Of a stretch of 40,965 nt of DNA, positions 16,164 to 24,298 are shown one piece after another. The notes under the pieces were generated by a model. The model was not told where the DNA came from and made no database searches. It saw only the letters and a list, made by a program, of their open reading frames with translations. Both the position numbers and the translations under genes were made by a program. Source of the DNA: Gemmatimonadota bacterium (GTDB taxonomy: Bacteria; Gemmatimonadota; Gemmatimonadetes; Gemmatimonadales; GWC2-71-9); assembly GCA_003221045.1 (NCBI GenBank), contig QHUC01000113.1, positions 1 through 40,965 of the forward strand, given 5' to 3'. Every line of letters begins with the position of its first letter. The stretch's first letter is position 1.

Positions 16164-17219
16164 TTACAGCTGCGCCAGGGCCTGCGCGAAGTCCGCGATG
16201 AGATCGTCGGCATCCTCCAATCCGATGGAAAATCTCAGGAAGCCATCGGGAATGCCAGCCTGGGCCCTTTCCTCGGGGCTGAGCATGGCGTGCGACGTCA
16301 GCCGCGGCTCGGACACAAGCGTCTCGACGCCGCCGAGGCTGGGTGCGTGCGCCGCGATGGTGAGCGCGCGCAAGAACCGCTCCGACGCCCGCGTACCGCC
16401 CTTCAGCTCCACCCCCAGCATACCCCCGAAGCCGTTCAGGATCCGCTTCGCGACCTCGTGGTCCTTGTGTCCCGGCAGACCCGGGAAATGTACCGCCGCG
16501 AACTGCGGCTGCTGGCTGCACCACTGGGCCACCGCGAGCGCCGTCTGATTGTGCCGCTCGACCCGCACTACGAGGGTTTTCATCCCGCGCTCCACCAGCC
16601 AGGCCGCCATCGGGTCGATCGCCTGGCCCCAGATGCGCATGAGCTTCTTCACCTCCTCGATCACCGCCTCGGAGCCGACCACCGCTCCCGCGATCACGTC
16701 GGAGTGCCCGTTCAGGTACTTCGTCGCGCTGTGGATCACCACGTCGGCGCCGTGCTCGAGCGGGCGGAAGTTGACGGGCGTCGCGAACGTCGAATCCACC
16801 ACGAGGGCGAGCCCTTCGGTCTTGCAGAGGGCCGCGATCGGCTCCAGGTCGAGCACGCGCAGCAGCGGGTTGGTCGGGGTCTCGACGAAGATCGCGCGGG
16901 TGGTCTTTTTCAGGGCCCGCTTCCACTGTCGGGCTTCGAGCGGGTCAACGAACGACACGTCGATCCCCAGCCGGCCGAATTCGCCCTGGAAGAGCTTGTG
17001 GGTCGTCCCGTAGACCCACTCGCTCGAGATCAGGTGGTCCCCGGGCCGCAGGACCGCGAGGTGCGCGAGCGCGGTGGCGCCCATGCCGCTCGCGACGAAG
17101 ACCGCGGCTTCCGCCCCCTCGAGCAGCGCCAGGCGCTTGGCGATGGTGATCTGGTTGGGGTTGTTGCCGTAGCGGGTATAGAGGACTTCCTGCGTGGACC
17201 CGACCGGGTTGGTGAACGT
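16164..17219 (-). CDS. Cys/Met-metabolism PLP-dependent enzyme (cystathionine gamma-synthase/beta-lyase family); 5' end unresolved, no canonical start codon before ATG 17084
   Basis: Contains SATKYLNGHSD (PLP lysine), ETPTNPLLRV and SLGGVETL. Homology (YTRYGNNPN..LALLEGAEAAVFVASGM) continues upstream of the track start 17084, right up to the in-frame TGA at 17220..17222. Confidence 0.85.
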   Translation of the reverse strand, partial: TFTNPVGSTQEVLYTRYGNNPNQITIAKRLALLEGAEAAVFVASGMGATALAHLAVLRPGDHLISSEWVYGTTHKLFQGEFGRLGIDVSFVDPLEARQWKRALKKTTRAIFVETPTNPLLRVLDLEPIAALCKTEGLALVVDSTFATPVNFRPLEHGADVVIHSATKYLNGHSDVIAGAVVGSEAVIEEVKKLMRIWGQAIDPMAAWLVERGMKTLVVRVERHNQTALAVAQWCSQQPQFAAVHFPGLPGHKDHEVAKRILNGFGGMLGVELKGGTRASERFLRALTIAAHAPSLGGVETLVSEPRLTSHAMLSPEERAQAGIPDGFLRFSIGLEDADDLIADFAQALAQL

Positions 17220-17663
17220 TCACGCGAGCGTCAGCGCGAAGGTCCCTCCCGCCGTGGGCGCGGCAAGCCGCCGCATCACCAGCTCTTCGAGCAGCGAGGT
17301 GGCCGCCTCGGGGGCCCCCACCGCCTCGAGCGTGCCGTCGGCGCACTCGACGAGCGCCCCCAGTCGGTGGCCTGCGAGCACCGGCTCGATGGCCTCCCGG
17401 TGCCCGTCGGAGAGGCCCATGAGCACCAACAGGGCGGGCCGGTGGCGCAGCAGCTTCGCGACGATTTCGTCGGCGCAGGAGTAGTCGATGCAGCCGACGC
17501 CGGTGAAATCGATGCGCGCGATCGCCACGTCCCCTTCGGCGGTCGCCATCTCACGCTCGATGCGCTCGCGCACGACGCGCCCGGTGGGCCGCGTGACCAG
17601 GTCGGCATAGACGCCGGAAACCGATTCCTGGAGCACCGCGTGCACGTCGATGCGCTGTATCAC
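17220..17663 (-). CDS. STAS-like (DUF4325-like) small protein, putative partner of the upstream GHKL ATPase
   Basis: The GTG at 17663..17661 overlaps the TGA of the GHKL gene (GTGA). The stretch LVTRPTGRVVRERIEREMA...IARIDFTGVGCIDYSCADEIVAKLL resembles STAS-like/DUF4325 proteins. This assignment is by eye only. Confidence 0.55.
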   Translation of the reverse strand: MIQRIDVHAVLQESVSGVYADLVTRPTGRVVRERIEREMATAEGDVAIARIDFTGVGCIDYSCADEIVAKLLRHRPALLVLMGLSDGHREAIEPVLAGHRLGALVECADGTLEAVGAPEAATSLLEELVMRRLAAPTAGGTFALTLA

Positions 17664-18613
17664 CGCTTCGTGGACCCCTGCTCGGGTATGATGATGAGCA
17701 CCTGGGCACCCGGAAAAGCCGGGAGGCCTTCCTTCAAGGGCACGTCGTCGTCCCACTTCGGCACGATCGCGATCCGTGCGGTGCCGCTCCGGATCGCGAT
17801 CTTGCCGTCCCACCGTGTGAGGTAGCGCCGGATACCCGCCAGCCCCTGGCCGCGGCCGGGATCGCGAAACCGGCTCACCCCTTGGATCAGCGCGGCTTCG
17901 AGTGCCGCCGCGTCGCCCCAGCGCTCCCCAAAGCGCTTGCTCTGTGTGGGCTCGAGCGAGTGGCGGAACCCCACGCCTGCATCCGCGACGGCGATCACCA
18001 CCACCCGCTTCGCGAGCTTGCGCCGCCAGGTATACGCCTGCACCGCCACCCATCCGCCCGTGCCCGCGTGCTCTACAATATTCTGACACGCCTCCGAAAG
18101 CGCCATAGCAAAGCCCATCGTCGCCTTCGGGTCGAGTCCCAGCTCGGACGCCAGGATGGCGGATGCGCGCTGCTGAATGTTCGAAACCACGGCGTGCACG
18201 TCTTCGGCGGCACGCACCGGCGTCACGGGCAGCAACACGTCGCTGTCTTCTGCGGGCTTGACGCGGGGCAGCTTGCCGTGAATCTCGAACAGCTCCGCCG
18301 CCTCTCGGAAAAAACCGGCCCGCGTCCAATAGGTCAGCACCTCGCTCTGCGTCGGCGCTGTCAAGAGCGGACGCTCCGCGCCGGCCCCCCCGGCCCCCCC
18401 GGCCCGTCCGGCCACCGTGCCCCCCCCGCCCGCGCTGCGCGCCGCCTGGCCCGCCGCGAGCAAGCCGACCAGGCCATACGGCGACGCCCATTCGGCGGCA
18501 TGCGCATCGAACAGCAACCGTTCACCGTCCTTCGTCGCCTCGGCGAACGCGCCTGCGAATTGATCGAAGGAGCGGTCGTCGAACTGGGCGGGCACCTCGA
18601 CCAGTCGGGTCAT
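17660..18613 (-). CDS. GHKL-superfamily ATP-binding protein (RsbW/anti-sigma-kinase-like HATPase_c) with a ~165-aa N-terminal STAS-like extension
   Basis: The ATG at 18613..18611 overlaps the TGA of the PfkB gene (ATGA). N-box SEACQNIVEHA, G1 DAGVGF, G2 GRGQGLAGIRRY. The N-terminal part LLFDAHAAEWASPYGLVGLLAAG resembles a STAS core. Confidence 0.75.
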   Translation of the reverse strand: MTRLVEVPAQFDDRSFDQFAGAFAEATKDGERLLFDAHAAEWASPYGLVGLLAAGQAARSAGGGGTVAGRAGGAGGAGAERPLLTAPTQSEVLTYWTRAGFFREAAELFEIHGKLPRVKPAEDSDVLLPVTPVRAAEDVHAVVSNIQQRASAILASELGLDPKATMGFAMALSEACQNIVEHAGTGGWVAVQAYTWRRKLAKRVVVIAVADAGVGFRHSLEPTQSKRFGERWGDAAALEAALIQGVSRFRDPGRGQGLAGIRRYLTRWDGKIAIRSGTARIAIVPKWDDDVPLKEGLPAFPGAQVLIIIPEQGSTKR

Positions 18614-19396
18614 ACGGTGGACAGCTTGCCGAGCAGGTGGTCGCGCAATCCAGTGGCGCCGCGGTGCGACACGTTGCGCGCGCCCATGCGCGTGCCCAGC
18701 CGCAACGCTTCCTCGAGACGACCGCCGGCCACAAGCGACGCGACCACGGAGGCGCCGAAGACGTCGCCGCATCCGGTGGGGTCGCCGGCTTCGATCGTCA
18801 GACCTTCCGGCGGAATCCGCGCGGTCCGCACCGGGTTCCCCGTGAAGTACGCCGCGCCTCGCGATCCGAGCGTGACGACGAGCGTGGTGCAGCCGCGCGC
18901 GAGCGCCCCGGCCGCGGTCACGAGGGGGTCCGCGCCCAGCTGCTCGAGCTCCTCGTCGTTGAGCTGCACCATGTCGAAGCACCCGAACCAGGCGGGGGCA
19001 TCGGGCAGCGGGCGGGGGACACGAGAGTGCATCGAGGTCCCGCACGTGGGGGCCGAGCTCCGGCCACGTCCACGGCGGTACGCCGCCGGACATTTGCTCG
19101 CAGCGCCGCTCGAGCTGGTAGTAGCGGAGGGTGACGCGGTTGTTCGAAACCGGCACTTCAATGAACCGGGTGTCGGGCGCGAGGTGGCGGAGGGTCTTCA
19201 GGAAGGCACTCGCCCGGGTCGCGAGATCCTGGCCGACCTTGATCAACGGGACGATCTGCCAGTCGTCGCTCAGCGTCGCATCCAGGGCCGCGAGGGAATA
19301 CGAGATGCCGCCCCACTCCTCGATGGCCGGCTGGGCGGGATCGCGTCCGTGGATCGTATCCCACACCATGGAGCCGATCACGCCAAGCCGCTTCAG
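18610..19396 (-). pseudogene. PfkB-family carbohydrate kinase, split over two reading frames
   Basis: The N-terminal half (KRLGVIGSMVWDTIHG...IVPLIKVGQD...) lies in the frame of track ORF 17660..19837. The C-terminal half (FDMVQLNDEELEQLG...DPTGCGDVFGA...) lies in track ORF 18610..19161. The frame switch is near 19020-19050. The start is unclear: CTG 19396 overlapping the ROK stop, or GTG 19381. Confidence 0.72.
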
Positions 19397-20358
19397 ACCC
19401 GCCCCCAGGTGCGGCGCATGAACACGGCCGCGGCGCCGTACACACCCGCCGTACCGGTCAGCTCGCCCGGCACGATCCGACACACGTCCACCGCCGGCTT
19501 GAAGGCGCGCCGCTTTGCCTCGCTGCGCAGCGGCCCGAACAGCCGCTCGCCCGCCAGCGTCACACCGCCGCAGATCACCACGACCTGTGGATTGAAGATA
19601 TTGATGATGTTCGCGACGCCGACACCCAGGAACTTCGCGGTGTCCTTCACCACCTCGAGCGCGTAATCGTCGCCATCGTGGGCGGCCTCGTACACCAGTT
19701 GCGCGGTGATCTTCGAGAGGTCCCCGTTCACGTACTTCGGCAGCGACGTGTCGGTGCCGTCGGCGATGCCTTCCACCGCGCGAGCCGCGATCGCGGGGCC
19801 CGACGCGTACGCCTCGAGGCACCCGTAGTTGCCGCACTTACAGCGTCGCCCGTTCAGGTCGATCGTCATGTGACCGATCTCGCCCGCAATGTCCGAGGCG
19901 CCGCGGTACACCTCGCCATCCAGCACGATGCCGCCGCCGATGCCCGTCCCGATCGTGAGACCCACCACGTGCTGCGAGCCGCGCGCGGCTCCGCGCCACC
20001 ACTCGCCGAAGATCGCGCAATTCGCGTCGTTGTCGAGCGTAGCCGGCAGCCCGAGCGCTTCCGTGATCCGGTCGCGCAGGGGAAAATTGGTCCACCCGAG
20101 GTTCGGGGTCAGAAGGACCACTCCGGTCGTCGTATTGAGCGGGCCCGGGGAGCCGATGCCGACGCCCGCGACGTCGTGCCCGCGCGCCGCGGCCATCGAG
20201 GCGCGGGCCAGCTTCGTGATCCGCCCGACCACTGCGTTCGCGCCCTGCTCCGAGATGGTCGGCTCCGACACCAGGCCGAGCATCTCGGACCCGTCCTCGG
20301 CCACGGTTCCGACGACGATATTGGTGCCGCCGATGTCGATCCCGACTACGTAGCGCAT
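19393..20358 (-). CDS. ROK family glucokinase
   Basis: N-terminus is MRYVVGIDIGGTNIVVG. ROK Zn motif is CKCGNYGCLEAYASG. 321 aa. Confidence 0.9.
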   Translation of the reverse strand: MRYVVGIDIGGTNIVVGTVAEDGSEMLGLVSEPTISEQGANAVVGRITKLARASMAAARGHDVAGVGIGSPGPLNTTTGVVLLTPNLGWTNFPLRDRITEALGLPATLDNDANCAIFGEWWRGAARGSQHVVGLTIGTGIGGGIVLDGEVYRGASDIAGEIGHMTIDLNGRRCKCGNYGCLEAYASGPAIAARAVEGIADGTDTSLPKYVNGDLSKITAQLVYEAAHDGDDYALEVVKDTAKFLGVGVANIINIFNPQVVVICGGVTLAGERLFGPLRSEAKRRAFKPAVDVCRIVPGELTGTAGVYGAAAVFMRRTWGRV

Positions 20359-20371
20359 GAGCCTCCTCGTC

Positions 20372-21385
20372 TCACGTCGATTTCAGCGCGCCGGTCGCCG
20401 CGATCGCCGCCAACACGCGCTCGACGTCGATATCCCGCATGCAGCGGTGGTGACCCAACGGGCACACCGGCGGTCCGTGCGCCGAGCAAGGGCGACACGA
20501 CAGCCCCACGAGCTCGACGACCACGTCGCGCGGTCCGCGCGGGCCGAAGCCGAACGCCGGCACGGTGGAGCCGAAGATCGCGACGGTCGGCGTGTCGACG
20601 GCCTGCGCCAGGTGGAGCGGCGCGCTGTCGTTGGTCACGAGTACGGCGGCTCGCCGGATGAGCTCGGCGGACTGCCGGAGCGAGAGTCTCCCGCACGCGT
20701 TGGCGGCCCTCCACGCTGCTCCACCACCCTCCACCCCCTGCACCACCTGCTCGCCGAGCGCCGCGTCCTCCGGGCCGCCTACCGTCACGATCGCCACGTG
20801 CTGCGCGAGCCGCTGCGCCAGCTCCCGATAGTACGGCCACCGTTTCGAGCCCCAGATCGACCCCGGGGCGAGAGCGACGAACGGCTCCTGGACGCCGTGC
20901 GCCTGGAGGAATTGCTCCGTCGCCGCGCGGTCCGCCACCGTGAGGTGGAGCGAAGGACGCGCGTGATGAGGAGCGCTGCCGCCGCCGAGCGCGAGCAACC
21001 GATCGATCTCGTGACCCTGTCTCGCGCGACCGCGCCCCTCCGTGTAGAGCGAGCGCCATCCGTCTTGGAAGCCGACCCGCTGGGGGATGCCTGCCAGCCA
21101 CGCCAGCGCCGCGCTTCGGAGGGAGCGGTGGGGAAGATACGCCACATCGTAGCGCCCGGCTCGGAGCGTCCGGACCAGTCGGATGAGACCGGCGAGTCCG
21201 CGATCGGCGCCGCGCTTGTCGTACGGAATGACCCGCCGCACGGCGGGGTGCGTCTCGACGAGTGCCGCGGCGCCCGGCGTGGTCACGATGTCCACCGGTC
21301 CGTGCCGCGTGGCGAGCGCGTCGAGCAGTGGCGTCGTGAGCACGACGTCGCCGAGGAACGCCGTCTGTATGACCAGACTAGTCAA
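20372..21385 (-). CDS. Glycosyltransferase family 9 (LPS heptosyltransferase, WaaF/RfaF-like)
   Basis: Contains [53 protein letters not shown] and a C-terminal Cys cluster. I prefer TTG 21385 over ATG 21433, which would overlap lepA by 56 nt. Confidence 0.85.
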   Translation of the reverse strand: MTSLVIQTAFLGDVVLTTPLLDALATRHGPVDIVTTPGAAALVETHPAVRRVIPYDKRGADRGLAGLIRLVRTLRAGRYDVAYLPHRSLRSAALAWLAGIPQRVGFQDGWRSLYTEGRGRARQGHEIDRLLALGGGSAPHHARPSLHLTVADRAATEQFLQAHGVQEPFVALAPGSIWGSKRWPYYRELAQRLAQHVAIVTVGGPEDAALGEQVVQGVEGGGAAWRAANACGRLSLRQSAELIRRAAVLVTNDSAPLHLAQAVDTPTVAIFGSTVPAFGFGPRGPRDVVVELVGLSCRPCSAHGPPVCPLGHHRCMRDIDVERVLAAIAATGALKST

Positions 21386-23177
21386 CCTGGAGCACCGCGA
21401 GAAACGCTTCCTGCGGGATCTCGACGGTCCCAACTTGCTTCATGCGTTTCTTCCCTTCCTTCTGCTTCTCGAGGAGTTTGCGCTTGCGCGTCACGTCGCC
21501 GCCGTAGCACTTGGCGGTCACGTTCTTGCGGAGCGGCCGGATCGTTTCCCGCGCGATCACCTTCGTGCCGATCGCCGCCTGGATCACCACCTCGAACAGC
21601 TGTCGCGGGATCAGCTCGCGCAGCTTCTCGGCGATCTTCCGGCCCCACTCGTAGGCCTTGTCCCGGTGAATGATCACCGAGAATGCGTCCACCGCCTCAC
21701 CGTTCAGCAGCATGTCGAGCTTCACGAGCTCCGACGGCCGGTATGCGAGGAACTCGTAATCGAGCGACGCGTAGCCCCGGGAGATCGTCTTCAGCTTGTC
21801 GTAAAAGTCGAGAATGATCTCCGCCAGCGGGAACTCCCAGCCGAACTCGACCCGGGTCGGATCCACGTAATGCATGCCCGCGTACACGCCGCGTCGCTCC
21901 TGCCCGAGCTTCATGATCGCACCGATGTACTCGGCCGGCGCCACGATGCGTGCCTTGACGTAGGGCTCCGCGATATGGTCGATCTCCGAGCCGTGCGGCA
22001 TCAGGCTCGGGTTCTCGACGAGCTCCACCGTGCCGTCCGTCTTGTGCACGTGGTACTCCACGTTCGGCACGGTGCTGATCAGATCGAGGTTGAATTCCCG
22101 CTCGAGCCGCTCCCGCACGATCTCCATGTGCAGCAGGCCGAGGAACCCGCACCGGAAGCCGAAGCCGAGCGCCACCGACGACTCGGGCTCGTAGTGCAGC
22201 GACGCATCATTGAGCTGGAGCTTGGCGAGCGCGTCGCGCAGCTCCTCGAACTGATTGGGCTCGGTGGGATACAGGCCGGCGAACACCATCGACTTGATGT
22301 CGCGGTAGCCAGGCAGGAGCGGCACGTCGCGGTGGTCCGCGTCGAGCACGGTGTCGCCGGGGCGGATCTCGCGGACGCCGCGGACGTTGGCGACCACGTA
22401 GCCGACCTCGCCGGCTTCCAGCTGCTCGGTGGGTTTGTGGCCCAGCTGGAGGTACCCGACCTCGTCGACGTCGTACAGATCTTCGGGGTGGGCCCCGAAC
22501 GCGATCTTCATGCCCGGGCGGATGGTGCCGTCCACGACCCGGATGCTCGGAACGGCGCCACGGTAGCGGTCGTAGTAGGAGTCGAAGATGAGGGCCCGGA
22601 GCGGTGCATCCGGGTTGCCGCGCGGCGGCGGGACGCGGCGCACCACCGACTCGAGCAGGGCCGGCACGTTCGTGCCCTCCTTGGCGGAGATCCGGATGAT
22701 CTCGTCGGGCTTGGCCCCGATCAGCTCGTGTATCTCCTGCGCCCGGCGCTCGGGCTCGGCGCCCGGCAAGTCGATCTTATTCAGGACCGGAATGATCTCG
22801 AGCCCGGCGTCCAGGGTGAGGAAGAGATTCGAGATCGTCTGCGCTTGAATCCCCTGGGAGGCATCGACCACGAGGATCGCGCCCTCACAGGCCTGGAGCG
22901 AGCGCGACACCTCGTAGGTAAAATCGACGTGCCCCGGCGTATCGATGAGGTTGAGCTCGTACAGGCCACCATCGCGAGCGTGGTAGTTCATGCGTACCGC
23001 GTTGAGCTTGATCGTGATTCCCCGCTCGCGCTCCAGGTCCATGGTGTCGAGCACCTGCTCGCGCATCAGGCGCTTGTCGAGCGTGCCCGTGAGCTCGATG
23101 AGGCGATCGGCCAAGGTCGATTTCCCGTGGTCGATGTGGGCCACGATGCAGAAGTTACGGATGTGATCCTGGCGCAT
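21378..23177 (-). CDS. lepA: Translation elongation factor 4 (LepA)
   Basis: 599 aa. Contains [34 protein letters not shown] and the LepA C-terminal domain ...[18 protein letters not shown]. Confidence 0.97.
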   Translation of the reverse strand: MRQDHIRNFCIVAHIDHGKSTLADRLIELTGTLDKRLMREQVLDTMDLERERGITIKLNAVRMNYHARDGGLYELNLIDTPGHVDFTYEVSRSLQACEGAILVVDASQGIQAQTISNLFLTLDAGLEIIPVLNKIDLPGAEPERRAQEIHELIGAKPDEIIRISAKEGTNVPALLESVVRRVPPPRGNPDAPLRALIFDSYYDRYRGAVPSIRVVDGTIRPGMKIAFGAHPEDLYDVDEVGYLQLGHKPTEQLEAGEVGYVVANVRGVREIRPGDTVLDADHRDVPLLPGYRDIKSMVFAGLYPTEPNQFEELRDALAKLQLNDASLHYEPESSVALGFGFRCGFLGLLHMEIVRERLEREFNLDLISTVPNVEYHVHKTDGTVELVENPSLMPHGSEIDHIAEPYVKARIVAPAEYIGAIMKLGQERRGVYAGMHYVDPTRVEFGWEFPLAEIILDFYDKLKTISRGYASLDYEFLAYRPSELVKLDMLLNGEAVDAFSVIIHRDKAYEWGRKIAEKLRELIPRQLFEVVIQAAIGTKVIARETIRPLRKNVTAKCYGGDVTRKRKLLEKQKEGKKRMKQVGTVEIPQEAFLAVLQVD

Positions 23178-23296
23178 GTGCGGGAGAAATATAGGCGCTA
23201 TCTTTAGCGGACCGAGGCTCCTCTCTGTCCCCCACCACCGGCTGGTTCGACCCCACCTCCCACGGCGGCGCCCTGCGCCTCGCCGCGAACAGCTAC

Positions 23297-24295
23297 TTGC
23301 CCGCCAAAGGCGATGCCGGTGTGCGACTGCCGGGAGGCGGGCTGCGGCGCGGCGATCTCGTGACGCTCGAGAACAGCAAGGTGTTGACCGTCAACGGCGC
23401 GCCGCCCACGAACCTGGCCGACCGGCCCGAGTTCGCCAAGCTCGGTGCCGTGCATCCTTCGCGGCCGCTCCGGCTCGAGACCCCGCGGGCGTCGAGCCCG
23501 CGCACCGCGGAGACGCAACGGGTCGTGGACTTGATCTGCCCCCTCGGATTCGGCCAACGAGCGCTCATCGTGTCACCCCCGAAGGCCGGGAAAACCGTGA
23601 TGCTTCAGGCGATCGCCGAGGGGATCGCGCTCAATCACCCGGAGGCCATCCTCCTCATCCTGCTGGTGGACGAGCGGCCCGAGGAAGTGAGCGAGATGAT
23701 CGACTGGGGCCGTGGTGAGGTGATCGCCTCGAGCTTCGACCTGCCACACGAGCGGCATGTCGCCGTGGCGGACATGGTGTTCGAGCACGCCCGCCGCCAG
23801 GTCGAGCTCGGGAAGGACGTCGTGATCGTGCTGGACTCGCTCACGCGCCTCGCGCGCTCTCACAACACGACGGGCCGGGGGAGCGGGCGTACGATGACGG
23901 GCGGGCTGGATGCGAACGCCCTTGCGAAGCCGAAGGGACTGTTCGGCGCCGCGCGCGCGGTGCCCACCGGCGGGGCGCTCACGGTGATCGCGACCGCCCT
24001 CATCGAGACCGAGAGCCGGATGGACGACGTGATCTTCGAGGAGTTCAAGGGGACCGGCAACGCCGAGCTCCGGCTCGCGCGCGCCCTCGCGGACCGGCGG
24101 ATCTACCCTGCCGTGGACATCGCGGCGAGCGGTACGCGTCGGGAAGAGCTGCTCGCGGATCCTCCGACGGTGGCCGCCAAGCAGCAGCTCCGGCGCGGGC
24201 TGGTGGGCCTGCCGCCCGAAAAGGGGATGGAACTGTTGCTGGCGCAGCTCAAGCGTAACAAGACGAACGGCGAGCTCCTCGCCGCGGTCACCTAG
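23297..24295 (+). CDS. rho: Transcription termination factor Rho ATPase, lacking the N-terminal helix bundle and most of the primary RNA-binding OB fold
   Basis: Walker [73 protein letters not shown]. The only canonical start is TTG 23297. The protein is 332 aa, against about 419 for E. coli Rho (from memory). Confidence 0.85.
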   Translation: MPAKGDAGVRLPGGGLRRGDLVTLENSKVLTVNGAPPTNLADRPEFAKLGAVHPSRPLRLETPRASSPRTAETQRVVDLICPLGFGQRALIVSPPKAGKTVMLQAIAEGIALNHPEAILLILLVDERPEEVSEMIDWGRGEVIASSFDLPHERHVAVADMVFEHARRQVELGKDVVIVLDSLTRLARSHNTTGRGSGRTMTGGLDANALAKPKGLFGAARAVPTGGALTVIATALIETESRMDDVIFEEFKGTGNAELRLARALADRRIYPAVDIAASGTRREELLADPPTVAAKQQLRRGLVGLPPEKGMELLLAQLKRNKTNGELLAAVT

Positions 24296-24298
24296 CGC

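Noticed and set aside
17220-17222. The in-frame TGA read as selenocysteine.
   Set aside because: I know of no selenoprotein form of cystathionine gamma-synthase/beta-lyase-type enzymes. The aligned position is a Ser in a structural motif. I could not see a convincing SECIS-like hairpin immediately downstream. A mutation, sequencing error or fusion is more parsimonious.
17220-19396. Idea that the PfkB/GHKL/STAS block is a mobile insertion that truncated the PLP-enzyme gene.
   Set aside because: There is no integrase, transposase, flanking direct or inverted repeats, tRNA target or compositional shift. The genes are translationally coupled to their neighbours on both sides.
17660-19837. A 725-aa ORF that looks like one large protein.
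   Set aside because: It is a composite. Only its last 317 codons (the GHKL protein, from ATG 18613) are coherent. Further upstream the same frame happens to carry the N-terminal half of the PfkB kinase and out-of-frame ROK-gene sequence, with no intervening stop codon.
23236-23262. GGTTCGA-containing stretch that superficially resembles a tRNA T-arm.
   Set aside because: The flanking bases (GCTGG / CCACC) cannot form a T-stem, and no acceptor or anticodon arms can be drawn. The sequence instead encodes the residual Rho OB-fold segment ([10 protein letters not shown]).
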